Shown here piece by piece: positions 52,331 to 63,565 of a stretch of 64,000 nt of DNA. Within the stretch, counting starts at the first letter, position 1; the number at the start of each line of letters is the position of its first letter. The notes beneath the pieces were generated by a model. That model was given only the letters and a program-made list of their open reading frames with translations, ran no database searches and was not told where the DNA came from. The DNA comes from Nitrospirota bacterium. Lineage in GTDB: Bacteria > Nitrospirota > Thermodesulfovibrionia > Thermodesulfovibrionales > UBA9159. Where the stretch lies: assembly GCA_963699545.1 (NCBI GenBank), contig CAVOUE010000003.1, positions 288,001 to 352,000 of the forward strand, given 5' to 3'. Both the position numbers and the translations under genes were made by a program.

Positions 52331-54253
52331 ATGAAACGGCTAAGGGCGGTTCTATGTGCATTGATATTTTCCCTTATTCCTGCATATTCCTATGCGGCGT
52401 CCCTGGGAGATATGCGGATAGATTACCTTGACGGAGATGTCCAGGTAAAGACAGCGGACACGTCAGAGTGGGTCCCCGCTTCCATAAATATGCCGTTGAT
52501 GGACGGGGATGCAGTATGGGTCCCTGAAGGGGGGCGGGCGGGGATCCAGCTGAGGGACGGCACCTCTGTGAGGCTTGCTGAAAGTTCCTCCCTCGAGATA
52601 CTCGCCATTGGGGGTGATTCTTTTCAGTTTTACCTTTCCGTCGGGCATGCGTTTGTGAATTTCAGAGGACAGAAGGGGGCCCTCTTCCAGACGGATACTC
52701 CTGTGTCTTCCTCCCGCGCCTATAACAGGGCAAGGTTCAGGATCGATGTCTCCGACAACGGCTTTACCGACGTGTCGGTCTTCACCGGCGTGGTATTTAC
52801 GGAAGGAAGAAACGGGAGAACCAAGGTGACTGCAGGCAATATCCTTTCCATCGGAGGAGACACATATGCAGAACTTGCTCCCCTTGGGCCGGCTGATGAT
52901 TGGGAGCGGTGGAACGATGACATGGACAAAAAGCTTGAACAAAGATATAGCACGCGCTATCTTCCCAGTGAACTGAGCGCCTACAGCTATGATTTCGACG
53001 AATACGGAAAATGGGTAAACTCTGCCGATTATGGGTATGTCTGGATACCTACGGCGGTCTCTGCAGGATGGTCGCCATACAGGTTCGGCAGATGGACCTG
53101 GATAGGAGGAGACTACGTATGGGTCTCGTATGACCCATGGGGATGGGCACCATATCACTACGGGAGATGGGCTTTTGGGGCATCCACCGGATGGTGTTGG
53201 GTGCCGCCTGCACGGGGCGCTGCTTACTGGGGTCCGGGGTATGTCGCCTGGGTGAACACGCCAACGTATGTGTCATGGGTTCCCCTTGCACCGGGGGAGA
53301 TCTATTACGGACACGGCTACTACGGCCCGCACAGTGTGAATATAACCAATATCAACATCAATACGATTCATGTCACGAATGTATACAGAAACTCGCATGT
53401 AAACAATGCTGTCACCGTTGTGCATCGTGACACATTTGTGAGCGGGCGGCATGTGGATGTGAACGTCAGGGAGAATCCGTTCCTTAGCCAGAGGGTGAGT
53501 GTGGGAAGACCAGACATAGCCCCCACACGGGCGAGCTACATGCCGGTGGTTAAATCCATTTCGGCTTCAAAAGAGCCGCCCCGGGCGATCAGACAGATCG
53601 AGGTGAATGAATTAAGGCAGAGCCGTCCAGTGGTAAAAAACCCAAACGAGTCTGTTCTGAGGCCTGGTGCACCGGCGAGACAGATGGCGGTAACCACTGT
53701 CAACCGGCCGAGACTGCCGGGGGCAGCGGTTCAGCCTCAGGGATTACAGCCGAGAACAACAGGAAGAGAGGTGCAGCGAGGCGGCACACCACCGGCTGAC
53801 AAGGGCACAAGAGGTACGGAGGTGCAGCGAGGCGGCACACCACCGGCTGACAAGGGCACAAGAGGTACGGAGGTTCAGCGAGGCGGCACGCCACCGGCTG
53901 ACAAGGGCACAAGAGGTACGGAGGTGCAGCGAGGCGGCACACCACCAGCTGACAAAGGCACAAGGGGTACGGAGGTGCAGCGAGGCGGTACACCACCAGC
54001 TGACAAAGGCACAAGGGGTACGGAGGTGCAGCGAGGCGGCACACCACCAGCTGACAAAGGCACAAGGGGTACGGAGGTGCAGCGAGGCGGCACACCACCA
54101 GCTGACAAAGGCACAAGAGGTACGGAGGTGCAGCGAGGCGGCACACCACCAGCTGACAAAGGCACAGCCGGAAGGCAGGGTGCTTCACAGCAGAAGACAC
54201 AGGATAAGGAAAAAGAGCAGCCTCAGGAGACCGGGCCGGCAAGAGTGCGGTGA
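52331..54253 (+). CDS. Exported FecR-like / DUF6600-type protein with repeat tail
   Basis: Signal peptide; W.PA.IN.PL..GD; YG.W, W.PY..GRW, PWGWAPYHYGRW, VSWVPLAPGE. Confidence 0.85.
   Translation: MKRLRAVLCALIFSLIPAYSYAASLGDMRIDYLDGDVQVKTADTSEWVPASINMPLMDGDAVWVPEGGRAGIQLRDGTSVRLAESSSLEILAIGGDSFQFYLSVGHAFVNFRGQKGALFQTDTPVSSSRAYNRARFRIDVSDNGFTDVSVFTGVVFTEGRNGRTKVTAGNILSIGGDTYAELAPLGPADDWERWNDDMDKKLEQRYSTRYLPSELSAYSYDFDEYGKWVNSADYGYVWIPTAVSAGWSPYRFGRWTWIGGDYVWVSYDPWGWAPYHYGRWAFGASTGWCWVPPARGAAYWGPGYVAWVNTPTYVSWVPLAPGEIYYGHGYYGPHSVNITNININTIHVTNVYRNSHVNNAVTVVHRDTFVSGRHVDVNVRENPFLSQRVSVGRPDIAPTRASYMPVVKSISASKEPPRAIRQIEVNELRQSRPVVKNPNESVLRPGAPARQMAVTTVNRPRLPGAAVQPQGLQPRTTGREVQRGGTPPADKGTRGTEVQRGGTPPADKGTRGTEVQRGGTPPADKGTRGTEVQRGGTPPADKGTRGTEVQRGGTPPADKGTRGTEVQRGGTPPADKGTRGTEVQRGGTPPADKGTRGTEVQRGGTPPADKGTAGRQGASQQKTQDKEKEQPQETGPARVR
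53768..54166 (+). repeat. Coding tandem repeat, 51 bp x about 7.8 (EVQRGGTPPADKGTRGT)
   Basis: Units start at 53768, 53819, 53870, 53921, 53972, 54023, 54074, 54125; synonymous differences only. Confidence 0.95.
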
Positions 54254-54353
54254 AACAGGGAGAGGTTCTTAACAGGGTAGAAGGGAATAGCGGTGGAGAT
54301 CTCCCATTGTGGAGAACCTCCGCTTTTTTTCGGCCGGACAGGCAGGTCAGATG

Positions 54354-55721
54354 TTAAACTTTCTTATCGGGAACGTCAGGTGCCGTCTGGATCTTATATG
54401 CCTTGATCTTCCGGTGAAGATTGCTTCGCTCGATGTCCAGTATCTCAGCCGTTTTCGATACATTCCAGTTATTGTCCTCGAGCTTCTTCGCGATAAAGTC
54501 CTTTTCGAAGGATTCTCTCGCCTCCTTCAGCGTGCTGTACGTGAAATAATCGGAGCCTTCATGTCCTTCCGTGAGGATGAAATCCTTTGCGGTTATGACG
54601 GGAGAAGGGGTCATGATCACGAGCCTCTCGATCAGATTCTTGAGTTCTCTGATGTTACCCGGCCAGGTGTGTTGTTGAAAACGTTTTATCGCTTCAGGCA
54701 CGATCTTTTTTGGCGGCCGTCCGTATTCCGCTGCGAGGGACTGCATGAAATATTCCACAAGAGGAGGGATATCCTCCCTGCGTTCTCTCAGGGGCGGAAC
54801 GGCTATGGGGATCACGTTAAGTCTGAAGAACAGGTCTTCCCGGAAATTGCCTTTCCTCACTTCTTCCTGCAGGTCTTTGTTCGTTGCAGAGATGATCCTC
54901 ACATCGACTTTAATGTTCGCGCTTCCGCCCACCCGCTGAAATTCCTGTGTCTCGATAACCCTCAGCACCTTCGCCTGTGTCTGAAGAGACATATCACCGA
55001 TTTCGTCGAGGAAGAGTGTTCCCTTGTCCGCCAGTTCGAACTTTCCCTTCTTCTTTTCGAAGGCGCCGGTGAAAGAGCCTTTCTCGTGGCCGAAAAGCTC
55101 ACTCTCGATCAGTTCATGAGGCATAGCAGCACAGTTCACCTCCACAAAAGGCTTGTCCGCGCGGCTGCCCATACCGTGCAGGAGCCTTGCCACCAGCTCT
55201 TTTCCCGAACCGCTCTCGCCGGTTATGAGAACCCTGCTGTTACTCTGTGCCGCCATCTCTATCTGGCCTCGAAGCTCTTTCATGGAGGGCGACTCTCCGA
55301 CAAACTGCCATTTCCTCGTGAGGTTTTCCTTCAGTTCCTTGTTCTCTCTCTCCAGGGCGCTCCTTTCGAGCGCCCTCCGTGAACTGAGGAGAACCCTTTC
55401 CAGGGACAGCGGCTTCTCAAGGAAGTCATACGCCCCCATCCGGGTGGCTTTTACGGCAACCTCGATATTGCCGTGTCCTGATATCATGATCACCGGGATG
55501 TCCCGCTTCAGCGATTTTATCTCCTGCAGTGCCTGGATACCGTCCATTCTTGGCAGCCAGACATCCAGGATCACGAGGTCAGGCGTCTGCTCCTGTATCA
55601 CCCTGAGGGCATCTTCCGCTGTTCCGGAGCTGACGACACGGTACCCTTCATCCTCCAGAATACCGGAAAGGCTTTCCCTTATTCCCTCTTCGTCGTCAAC
55701 AATGAGAACTACAGGCTCCAC
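54354..55721 (-). CDS. ntrX: Sigma54-dependent response regulator, NtrX-like
   Basis: REC domain (VDDE, LDVWLP, ISGHG), [32 protein letters not shown]-terminal HTH. Confidence 0.88.
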   Translation of the reverse strand: MEPVVLIVDDEEGIRESLSGILEDEGYRVVSSGTAEDALRVIQEQTPDLVILDVWLPRMDGIQALQEIKSLKRDIPVIMISGHGNIEVAVKATRMGAYDFLEKPLSLERVLLSSRRALERSALERENKELKENLTRKWQFVGESPSMKELRGQIEMAAQSNSRVLITGESGSGKELVARLLHGMGSRADKPFVEVNCAAMPHELIESELFGHEKGSFTGAFEKKKGKFELADKGTLFLDEIGDMSLQTQAKVLRVIETQEFQRVGGSANIKVDVRIISATNKDLQEEVRKGNFREDLFFRLNVIPIAVPPLRERREDIPPLVEYFMQSLAAEYGRPPKKIVPEAIKRFQQHTWPGNIRELKNLIERLVIMTPSPVITAKDFILTEGHEGSDYFTYSTLKEARESFEKDFIAKKLEDNNWNVSKTAEILDIERSNLHRKIKAYKIQTAPDVPDKKV

Positions 55722-55722
55722 C

Positions 55723-57754
55723 CTATCCCTCCTTTATCGGCATTTCGACGGTAAACACTGTTCCCCTTGGCATGTTGTCCCGTACGCGCAAATAACCCAT
55801 GTGCTCCCTGATGATCCTGCTGGCAATGGCCAGGCCGAGCCCGGTCCCTTCTTTCTTGGTGGAGAAGTAGGGGAGAAAAAGCTTGTCCTTGTCTTCTTCC
55901 CGTATGCCCGGACCGTCATCAGCCACGTCGATGAATACCCTGTTTGCAGGGACATCAAAACCCACCAACACCTCTATATTACCGCCATTGCTCATAGCCT
56001 GGGTCGCATTTTCAAAGAGATTTATCAGCACCCTCTTGAACTGTTCCCCGTCCATGTCGACGAGCGGCATGTGCTCCGGCAGAGAGACCTTTATGGAAAA
56101 ACCCCTATAGCCCCTGTAGAGGTTCACCACACCGTCTATTATACCAGCCAGGGCAGTGGGTGCTTTATTTATTTCGGGCATCTTCTCGAACCGGGAGAAT
56201 TCGTCCACCAGTTTCCTCAGACTGTCGACCTCTCTGATGATCGTCCTCATAGAGCCCTCAAAGATCTGGGGAAAATCCTCGTCTTTCTGTTCCCACTTCT
56301 TCAGCATCCTTTCGGTGGAGAGCTTAATGGGAGTAAGAGGATTCTTCACCTCATGGGCGATCCTTCTCGCCACTTCCTGCCATGCAAGGGCTTTCTGGGC
56401 TTTTATCACATTCGTGAGGTCGTCAAAGACCACCAGAAGTCCGAGGTATGAGGCGTTGTCCCGCAGCCCCATGATGGAGACCCGGAGCATGGTGCGTTTC
56501 CCCCTGATGGTCGCCCAGACCTCCTTTTCCACTGTCCGCAGGGTCTTCAACTTTATCCCCCGGATCATTTGCTGGAGGGAGTCCGACTGTATCGCGGAGA
56601 GGATCTCCGTATAGTTTTCTCCCGTGATATTCTCAGAGACGACACCAAGGATCGCACATGCGGCGTTGTTGATGGTGATGACTTTTCCGTCAGCATCCAG
56701 GCAGATAACCCCGCTCTGGATATTCTCAAGGATGTTCTCCATGTAGAGTCGCCTTCGGTCAGATTCGGTATAGGCTGTGTGAATGGACTCTTTGCTCTCC
56801 TTCAGTTCCCTGACCATATGATTGAAGGAGTTGATGAGAAGCCCGATCTCGTCATCCCGTTTCAGGCCGATAGCCACATCGAGGTTCTCCGGATGCCACC
56901 TGACCGGTCGCCTCTGCGAGCTTCTGGATCGGCTCGGAGATGCCCCGCGCGATCCTGAGTGACACCCACAGGGCGGTGAAGATAACGATGAGAGTGAAGA
57001 AACCGAGGAAAATGAGATAATTCAGCTTCAGCGGCTGTTTCCATGCCTCAAGCTTGATATAATCCTCGTACGCAGTCTTGATCTGTTCCACATTCCCGGT
57101 AATTTCCCTGGGGATATGGGATTCCACGATCAGTACTCCCCGTTGCCCCCCTGAGGATACATCCGGGACCACGGCGCGCACCGCATCTCCATTCTCCCCC
57201 GATATCACCTCAGTTCCTTCTACTCCGTCAAAAGCCTCTTTTATCACATCTGAGGGGTTTTCCGGCATCTCACGATATCGGGTCACGGAATATTCCATGG
57301 AGGGGGACCCTTTTGCAATTATTGAGTGAGCAGCCTCAAGGGTTCTCTTGCGTTCGATATCATAGATGGCCCGGGCGATATTCAGGGTGCTGTCAATGGG
57401 TTTCCTGAACTGCGGGGTGAACCAGCGGTCGATGTAATTCGTCACAAGACCGCTGGAGCCGAGGAACAAGAGCACTGACGGGATTGAAGTGAGGATAACG
57501 AATATCACCACGATCTTCGTCTTGAATCGTGAACCCAGGACCTTCTGCTTTCTTTCGAGGTAGAGCCTGGTGAGGGCTTTTGCTACAAAGAACATCAGGG
57601 TCAGCAGGGCAATGATATTGATGTTGAAGAGTATCAGGAAGATGACCTTTGTGGTTATGGAGAGGGTTCCAAGCCTGACAAAATGGAGTTCTACCGTGAA
57701 AACCAGCACAACGAAGAGGAGAAGGGCTGAAATGATCAGACCGAATTTCTTCAT
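55723..57754 (-). CDS. ntrY: NtrY-like HAMP-PAS sensor kinase (1-nt insertion at 56885-56886)
   Basis: GSRFKTKI, IDRWF, HAMP (GDLD..DEIG.L), AWQEVARRIAHEVKNPLTPI, G boxes. Confidence 0.88.
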
Positions 57755-58308
57755 TTTTCCCTTCCCGCAGGGAGCACCGGAGAGTCCTTCTGTGCCTTGA
57801 AATCGTTCTCCGGAACAAAGAAGAGGAGATAGCCGATCACCGGCGGGAGCTTTCGCAAGCGTGATTCAACGGTAACTCTCACGAAATAGTCGGACTGCTG
57901 GAGCTCCCTGATATTCGTAAGCTTAAGGTCGGTAATGTTCAGGGCCCAGGTGATCATGGTGTCAAAACTCTTGAACCTCTTTTCGACGAGGGTGGAGCCG
58001 TCCAGCGAAGTGGCGACATGCTCCTTCTTGATGGGGTCGGACCTGAGGGTCTTCACAATTTTTTTCCCTGCGACGAATTCATCGGGCCATGTCTTCCAGA
58101 CCCTGAAGAGATCTATGAAGAACGTGATTTCCTTGGATATCCCGTTCTTCAGGTCGGTGAGATTCTTGTCGTCAAGTGAAAGCCCTGTACTTACCACGAT
58201 TTCGCTGTTCGCCACCCGTGCATCCGGGCCTATAATATCTGCCCCTGATACCCCGGCGGGCCGCAGTAACAGGGAAAAAAGAGCCAAAGAAAGAACGGTT
58301 CTCCTCAT
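57751..58308 (-). CDS. DUF4390-like exported protein
   Basis: Signal peptide, W..WPDE, LPP...LLFF; usual position upstream of ntrY. Confidence 0.7.
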   Translation of the reverse strand: MRRTVLSLALFSLLLRPAGVSGADIIGPDARVANSEIVVSTGLSLDDKNLTDLKNGISKEITFFIDLFRVWKTWPDEFVAGKKIVKTLRSDPIKKEHVATSLDGSTLVEKRFKSFDTMITWALNITDLKLTNIRELQQSDYFVRVTVESRLRKLPPVIGYLLFFVPENDFKAQKDSPVLPAGREK

Positions 58309-58456
58309 ATAATGCTTGACATCTCCGGGGAAATGTATTTTCATTATACCATAACGAAAAATCGTGACGCGGGATGCGTAATGCATGATGGGCAAACATT
58401 TTTTTGATCCCCGGCGGATTACGCCTCACCCTTCACGGGTTTCAGAAGGAGGCTTT

Positions 58457-58939
58457 ATGGAATTAAAGTCAGTGAAGATCGGGATACCGGAGGGCTGCAA
58501 CATCATACTGGGCCAGACCCATTTCATTAAGACCGCCGAAGACCTCTATGAGATCATTGTGTCCACGGTGCCTCAGGCCAGGTTCGGCATCGCCTTTACC
58601 GAGGCGTCGGGACCCTGCCTGATCAGGACGGAAGGGAATGACAGCGAACTCATCAACGAGTGTGTGAGAGCCGTGCAGGCCATCGGAGCCGGACATATCT
58701 TTTGCATACTTCTGAAAGATGCGTATCCTGTCAATGTCCTTAATCCCATAAAGAACTGTCAGGAGGTCTGCAGGATATATTGCGCCACTGCAAATCCCCT
58801 GGAGGTACTGGTGGCATCCACTGAGCAGGGCAACGGGATCACAGGGGTAATCGACGGTTTTCCTCCCAAAGGGGTGGAAGGTCCTGAAGACAAGGCCAGG
58901 AGAAAAGAATTCTTGAGAACCATAGGGTATAAACTGTAA
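58457..58939 (+). CDS. Adenosine-specific kinase family (DUF355)
   Basis: NIILGQTHFIKT.EDL, FG.AF.EASG, CATANP, GVIDG, IGYKL. Confidence 0.9.
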   Translation: MELKSVKIGIPEGCNIILGQTHFIKTAEDLYEIIVSTVPQARFGIAFTEASGPCLIRTEGNDSELINECVRAVQAIGAGHIFCILLKDAYPVNVLNPIKNCQEVCRIYCATANPLEVLVASTEQGNGITGVIDGFPPKGVEGPEDKARRKEFLRTIGYKL

Positions 58940-59016
58940 CCTGTTCTCCTCTTTTTGCAGCCTGGAATCTCAGGAAAATATTGAAAAATTACGGTCGTAT
59001 CTGGTAGTATTCCAGA

Positions 59017-59448
59017 ATGTCTGATGAGGTGAAGAGGGCCAGCCTGTTGCTCAGGATATTTGCCAAGGTCCTTGACTTCATCCTTATTGCTGCTGCGGCA
59101 GAAGTGGTACCCAAGGCCGGTTTTTATGCCGGATTGCTCTATCTCCTCATCAGCGACGGACTCTTCGACGGAAGGAGTATCGGGAAACTGCTCATCGGTC
59201 TGAGGGTTGTTTCCCTCCCCGGTGATGCGCCGTGTTCCGCGCGCGAGTCCATAGTAAGGAACGCTCCGCTGGGAGCAGGGCTTTTGCTGTATAGACTGCC
59301 GTGGATCGGCTGGATCTTTATCCTGCTCGTCTGTCTCGCGGAGTTCCTGATACTCCTCGGCAGCAAGAATGGAATGCGGCTGGGAGACGAGCTTGCAAAG
59401 ACAACAGTCGTTGAAAAAGTCAGACGTAAAGCTGCGCAGGAGGGATAA
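59017..59448 (+). CDS. RDD family membrane protein
   Basis: [24 protein letters not shown]. Confidence 0.88.
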   Translation: MSDEVKRASLLLRIFAKVLDFILIAAAAEVVPKAGFYAGLLYLLISDGLFDGRSIGKLLIGLRVVSLPGDAPCSARESIVRNAPLGAGLLLYRLPWIGWIFILLVCLAEFLILLGSKNGMRLGDELAKTTVVEKVRRKAAQEG

Positions 59449-60479
59449 TGCTTTTCCATAAACTCGTCGGGATGTTTTCCAATGACCTTGCCATAGACCT
59501 CGGCACGGCAAACACCCTTGTTTTTGTCAAGGGGAAGGGAATCGTCTGTAATGAGCCTTCCGTGGTGGTGGTGAGGAAGGAAGACAAGAAGACGATCGCT
59601 GTGGGCGCGGACGCAAAGAGAATGCTGGGGAAAACGCCTGCAAACATAATCGCTATCCGGCCGATGAAGGACGGCGTCATCGCGGATTTTGATGCCACAG
59701 GGGAGATGCTCAAGTATTTTATCAAGAAGGTCCATAACAGAAAGAGCTTCCTCTCCCCGCGGGTCATCATCGGTGTCCCGTCCGGTATCACGCAGGTGGA
59801 GCAGCGGGCGGTGAAGGACGCGGCGCAGGCATCAGGGGCCCGCGAGGTATATCTCATTGAGGAGCCCATGGCGGCTGCCCTTGGAGTGAACCTGCCCGTG
59901 GGTGAACCCTCGGGGAACATGATCGTTGACATAGGAGGAGGGACCACGGACATCGCGGTCATTTCCCTGGACGGCATTGTTTACAGCAAGGCGGTGAGGG
60001 TTGGTGGCGATAAAATGGATGAATCGATCATTGCCTATATAAAGCGCAAGTACAATCTTCTCATCGGGGACCGGACATCCGAACTGATAAAGATCGAAAT
60101 AGGTTCGGCGTGTGTGGTTGACCCCGACGTGACGAAGACCATGGAGATAAAGGGAAGGGACCTCATTTCAGGCATCCCCAAGACCATTGTCATCACCGAG
60201 ACGGAGATCAGGGAATCCCTCCATGAGCCGGTGAGCGTTATCCTCGACACCATTAAGGTCACCCTGGAAAATACCCCCCCTGAACTGGCGTCGGACATCG
60301 TGGACAGAGGCATAGTCCTCGCGGGGGGCGGAGCATTGCTGAGGGGCCTGGATATCCTCATCAGGGAGGAGACCGGACTTCCTGTCATTGTTCCTGACGA
60401 TCCGCTGACCGCTGTGGCACGAGGGGTCGGCAAGATGCTTGACGAACTGGAGCTTCTGAAGAAAATCTCCATAACCTGA
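59448..60479 (+). CDS. mreB: Rod shape-determining protein MreB
   Basis: [37 protein letters not shown]. Confidence 0.97.
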   Translation: MLFHKLVGMFSNDLAIDLGTANTLVFVKGKGIVCNEPSVVVVRKEDKKTIAVGADAKRMLGKTPANIIAIRPMKDGVIADFDATGEMLKYFIKKVHNRKSFLSPRVIIGVPSGITQVEQRAVKDAAQASGAREVYLIEEPMAAALGVNLPVGEPSGNMIVDIGGGTTDIAVISLDGIVYSKAVRVGGDKMDESIIAYIKRKYNLLIGDRTSELIKIEIGSACVVDPDVTKTMEIKGRDLISGIPKTIVITETEIRESLHEPVSVILDTIKVTLENTPPELASDIVDRGIVLAGGGALLRGLDILIREETGLPVIVPDDPLTAVARGVGKMLDELELLKKISIT

Positions 60480-61261
60480 TGTCCATTCGCCGCCTTTTCC
60501 CTCTTCTTTTGCTTGTGGTTATCGCCTTGACCCTCATGACCTATCAAAGCAATAAAGGGGTAATCGCACCCTTTCGGTTCGTCGGAGATTTCCTTCATCA
60601 TCTCAACGGGATCGTTCATTCCTTTTCGACCACTGTGGGGGAACCCTTCAGAAAAGTCATGCTGAGGGATGAAGAGAACAAAAGGCTCAGGACAGAAATG
60701 GACAGGCTCATCCTGGAGCAGCAGAGGTACAGGGATATCTTCTTCGAAAACATGAGACTGCGGGAGATGCTCGGCCTGCGGGAGAAGGAGAAGCGATACG
60801 TCGCCACCGCGCGGGTCATTTCACGGGGGCTTGACCGGTGGTCGAACACGGTGGTCATCGAAAAGGGCAGGCGTGACGGTGTTGCAAAGGACATGGCGGT
60901 CATCACCCCTGCAGGTCTTGTTGGCAAGGTGTCCTCGGCGGCGGACAATTATGCCTATGTACTTCTCATCACGGACCTTAATTTTTCTGCATCGGTGAGG
61001 ATACAGGAAACCAGAAAAGAGGCCATTCTCTCAGGGACAGGGGCAAGACGTTGCGTCCTCAAGTATGTCCCTCAGGAAGACGAGATCAAGGAGGGAGAGG
61101 TGGTCGTCACATCAGGCTTTGATGACCTTTTCCCGCAGGAGCTCCCCGTAGGATATGTCTCGAGTGTTTCGAAGAAAGGTGAGAGTATCTTTCAGGATAT
61201 CGAAATAACGCCGTTTCAGGATCTGAGACGACTGGATGAAGTGGTGGTCGTCCGGCGATGA
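60479..61261 (+). CDS. mreC: Rod shape-determining protein MreC
   Basis: EN.RLR..L, GLVGKV, VTSG....FP. Confidence 0.93.
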   Translation: MSIRRLFPLLLLVVIALTLMTYQSNKGVIAPFRFVGDFLHHLNGIVHSFSTTVGEPFRKVMLRDEENKRLRTEMDRLILEQQRYRDIFFENMRLREMLGLREKEKRYVATARVISRGLDRWSNTVVIEKGRRDGVAKDMAVITPAGLVGKVSSAADNYAYVLLITDLNFSASVRIQETRKEAILSGTGARRCVLKYVPQEDEIKEGEVVVTSGFDDLFPQELPVGYVSSVSKKGESIFQDIEITPFQDLRRLDEVVVVRR

Positions 61262-61710
61262 AGCTTGTGTGGTTATCCCTCAGCATTATTGCTGCGCTCA
61301 TTGTTCATTCGCAGATATCCCTCTGGGGAGTCGCACCAAACCTTACGCTCGTGGTGGCATACGCCGTGGGGATGTATAGCGGCCCAACAAAGGGAATCCT
61401 GCTGGGGTCGGCCGTGGGGATACTTGAGGACAGCGTCAGCGGGAGCATCCTCGGGCCCAATCTCCTCGGAAAGGGTATTACCGGATTTCTTGCGTCCTTC
61501 AGTTCCGGCAGCCTGTTCCGGTGGACACCGTTGCTGGGAATGCTCTCCCTGTTTGCCCTTACCCTGATGGACGGAGGGGTCGTTTTTTTATCGAGAACCA
61601 TGTTCGAAACTTCCCCCGCCTCCCTGCCGAGAGGGGTTGTCGCTGTCCTCATGCAGGGAGTTCTGAATGCAGTCATCGGAATTTTTCTAAGGCCGCGAAA
61701 TGTCGATTAA
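61258..61710 (+). CDS. mreD: Rod shape-determining protein MreD
   Basis: Hydrophobic protein, PNL..GILEDS.SG..LG; synteny with mreC and mrdA. Confidence 0.88.
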   Translation: MKLVWLSLSIIAALIVHSQISLWGVAPNLTLVVAYAVGMYSGPTKGILLGSAVGILEDSVSGSILGPNLLGKGITGFLASFSSGSLFRWTPLLGMLSLFALTLMDGGVVFLSRTMFETSPASLPRGVVAVLMQGVLNAVIGIFLRPRNVD

Positions 61711-63565
61711 CGGGAATTCCTCTGATAAGGTTCTCATCGCAGGATATATCATCATCGGTTTTCTCTTTATCTTGACCATTCGCCTGTGGCAGCTGCAGAT
61801 ACTCCAGGGAAGTGAGTACAGAAAACTGTCGGAGGAAAACAGGCTCCGTGTCGTAAAAATTGCAGCTCCCAGGGGGATCATGTATGACCGGAACGGCATC
61901 CCTCTTGTGAAAAATACGCCATACTATTCTGTCTCTCTCAATCCGCATGTGCTTGAGGGCATTGATGTTTCGAGCCTCGCAGAGCTGTTGAAGATAGACA
62001 GGAATTCCCTGGAGGAAAGAATAAAGGAGCATCAGAAGCGGAGCCTGTATGAGCCGCTCAGGGTCAAGGAGGGGCTTTCGATCAAGGAGATCGCTCTGAT
62101 AGAGGCGAGGCGTTCTGACTTTCCGGGGCTTGCCATCGATGTGGACGTAACAAGGGACTATCTCTTCGGGAGTGTCGGGGCCCACCTCATAGGATATCTC
62201 GGAAAGCCTAATGAGTTTCAGGCCCGGAGTCCCGATTTCAAGGATGTCCCTTCAGATGCGTTCATAGGACAGTGGGGAATCGAGCGGCTCTATGACAGGC
62301 AGCTGCGCGGGATACCCGGGGGAAAGATCATCGAAGTGGACGCCCTCGGTAGAGAACTGAGGCTCCTTAAAGGAAGATCTCCGACGCGCGGGGATGATAT
62401 ATGGCTGGCAATGGACATACGTGTTCAGAAGGAGGCAGAAGAGGCCTTCGGCGATAAGACAGGCGCTATGGTGGCGATGAGGCCGGACACTGGAGAGTTG
62501 CTCGCTTTAATCAGTAAGCCGTCCTTTGACCCGAACCTGTTTGCCAGGGGAATAAAGTATAAACAGTGGGAAGAATTGAACCAGAACAGGAGACTTCCCC
62601 TGCTGAACAGGGCATTACAGAGCCAGTATCCGCCGGGCTCCACTTTCAAGATCGTTACTGCCATCGCTGCCCTTGAAGAAGGGGCGATCGATGAACATAC
62701 AAAAGTGACCTGCAACGGGGGAATAGCATACGGCAGGTGGCACTTCGGTTGCTGGCGAAAGACAGGACATGGAACCGTTTCACTGCACCGGGCATTGGTT
62801 GAATCATGCGACGTCTATTTTTACGATGCAGGGAAAAAACTCGGAATTGACAAAATTGCCGCATATGCAAGGGAACTGGGACTGGGCAAGGAAACGGGAC
62901 TTGAGCTGGTAAAGGAGCGCAACGGGCTGATACCCGACACCAGGTGGAAGGAAGAGAAAAGGAACCAGCCTTGGTATCTCGGAGAAACGTTCAATGCATC
63001 CATCGGTCAGGGCTACGTTGCGGTGACACCGTTTCAGATGGCTCAACTCACCAGCACCGTCGCCAATGGCGGGTATATTTACCGGCCTTCCCTGCTCAGG
63101 ATGACGGACAAACCGGAGCCGGCAGGAAAAGCGAAGATCAAACAGGAGACCCTTGAGATGGTAAAGAAGGGCCTTTGCGGAGTGGTGAATGAAAACGGAG
63201 GAACCGGATATGTTGCCAAATCCTCCATGGTGAGTATCTGCGGCAAGACAGGTACGGCCCAGGTGGTGGGTCTGAAAAAGGACTCAAAATACCTCTCCGA
63301 GATGCACAGGGACCACGCCTGGTTTGTCGCCTTTGCCCCCTCTGAGACGCCTGAGATCGCGCTGTCGGTAATGGTGGAGCACGGGGGGCACGGCGGTGCT
63401 GCAGCGGCACCCATTGCAAAGAGGGCGATCGAGGCGTATCTGAAATCCGGCAAGCAGTCAGCCGCGCCACACTCTATGGCCGGGGATCAATCCCGAAATA
63501 CTGCGGCCCCGAACAAAAGACCTGTTGAGGACAGAAGCAGTGAAGATAGACAGAAGACTGATTAA
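61700..63565 (+). CDS. mrdA: Penicillin-binding protein 2
   Basis: RG.MYDRNG, PGSTFK (SxxK), SCD, GKTGTAQ. Confidence 0.95.
   Translation: MSINGNSSDKVLIAGYIIIGFLFILTIRLWQLQILQGSEYRKLSEENRLRVVKIAAPRGIMYDRNGIPLVKNTPYYSVSLNPHVLEGIDVSSLAELLKIDRNSLEERIKEHQKRSLYEPLRVKEGLSIKEIALIEARRSDFPGLAIDVDVTRDYLFGSVGAHLIGYLGKPNEFQARSPDFKDVPSDAFIGQWGIERLYDRQLRGIPGGKIIEVDALGRELRLLKGRSPTRGDDIWLAMDIRVQKEAEEAFGDKTGAMVAMRPDTGELLALISKPSFDPNLFARGIKYKQWEELNQNRRLPLLNRALQSQYPPGSTFKIVTAIAALEEGAIDEHTKVTCNGGIAYGRWHFGCWRKTGHGTVSLHRALVESCDVYFYDAGKKLGIDKIAAYARELGLGKETGLELVKERNGLIPDTRWKEEKRNQPWYLGETFNASIGQGYVAVTPFQMAQLTSTVANGGYIYRPSLLRMTDKPEPAGKAKIKQETLEMVKKGLCGVVNENGGTGYVAKSSMVSICGKTGTAQVVGLKKDSKYLSEMHRDHAWFVAFAPSETPEIALSVMVEHGGHGGAAAAPIAKRAIEAYLKSGKQSAAPHSMAGDQSRNTAAPNKRPVEDRSSEDRQKTD

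Noticed and set aside
53768-54166. CRISPR array
   Set aside because: Head-to-tail repeats with no spacers, in frame within a CDS, and no cas genes
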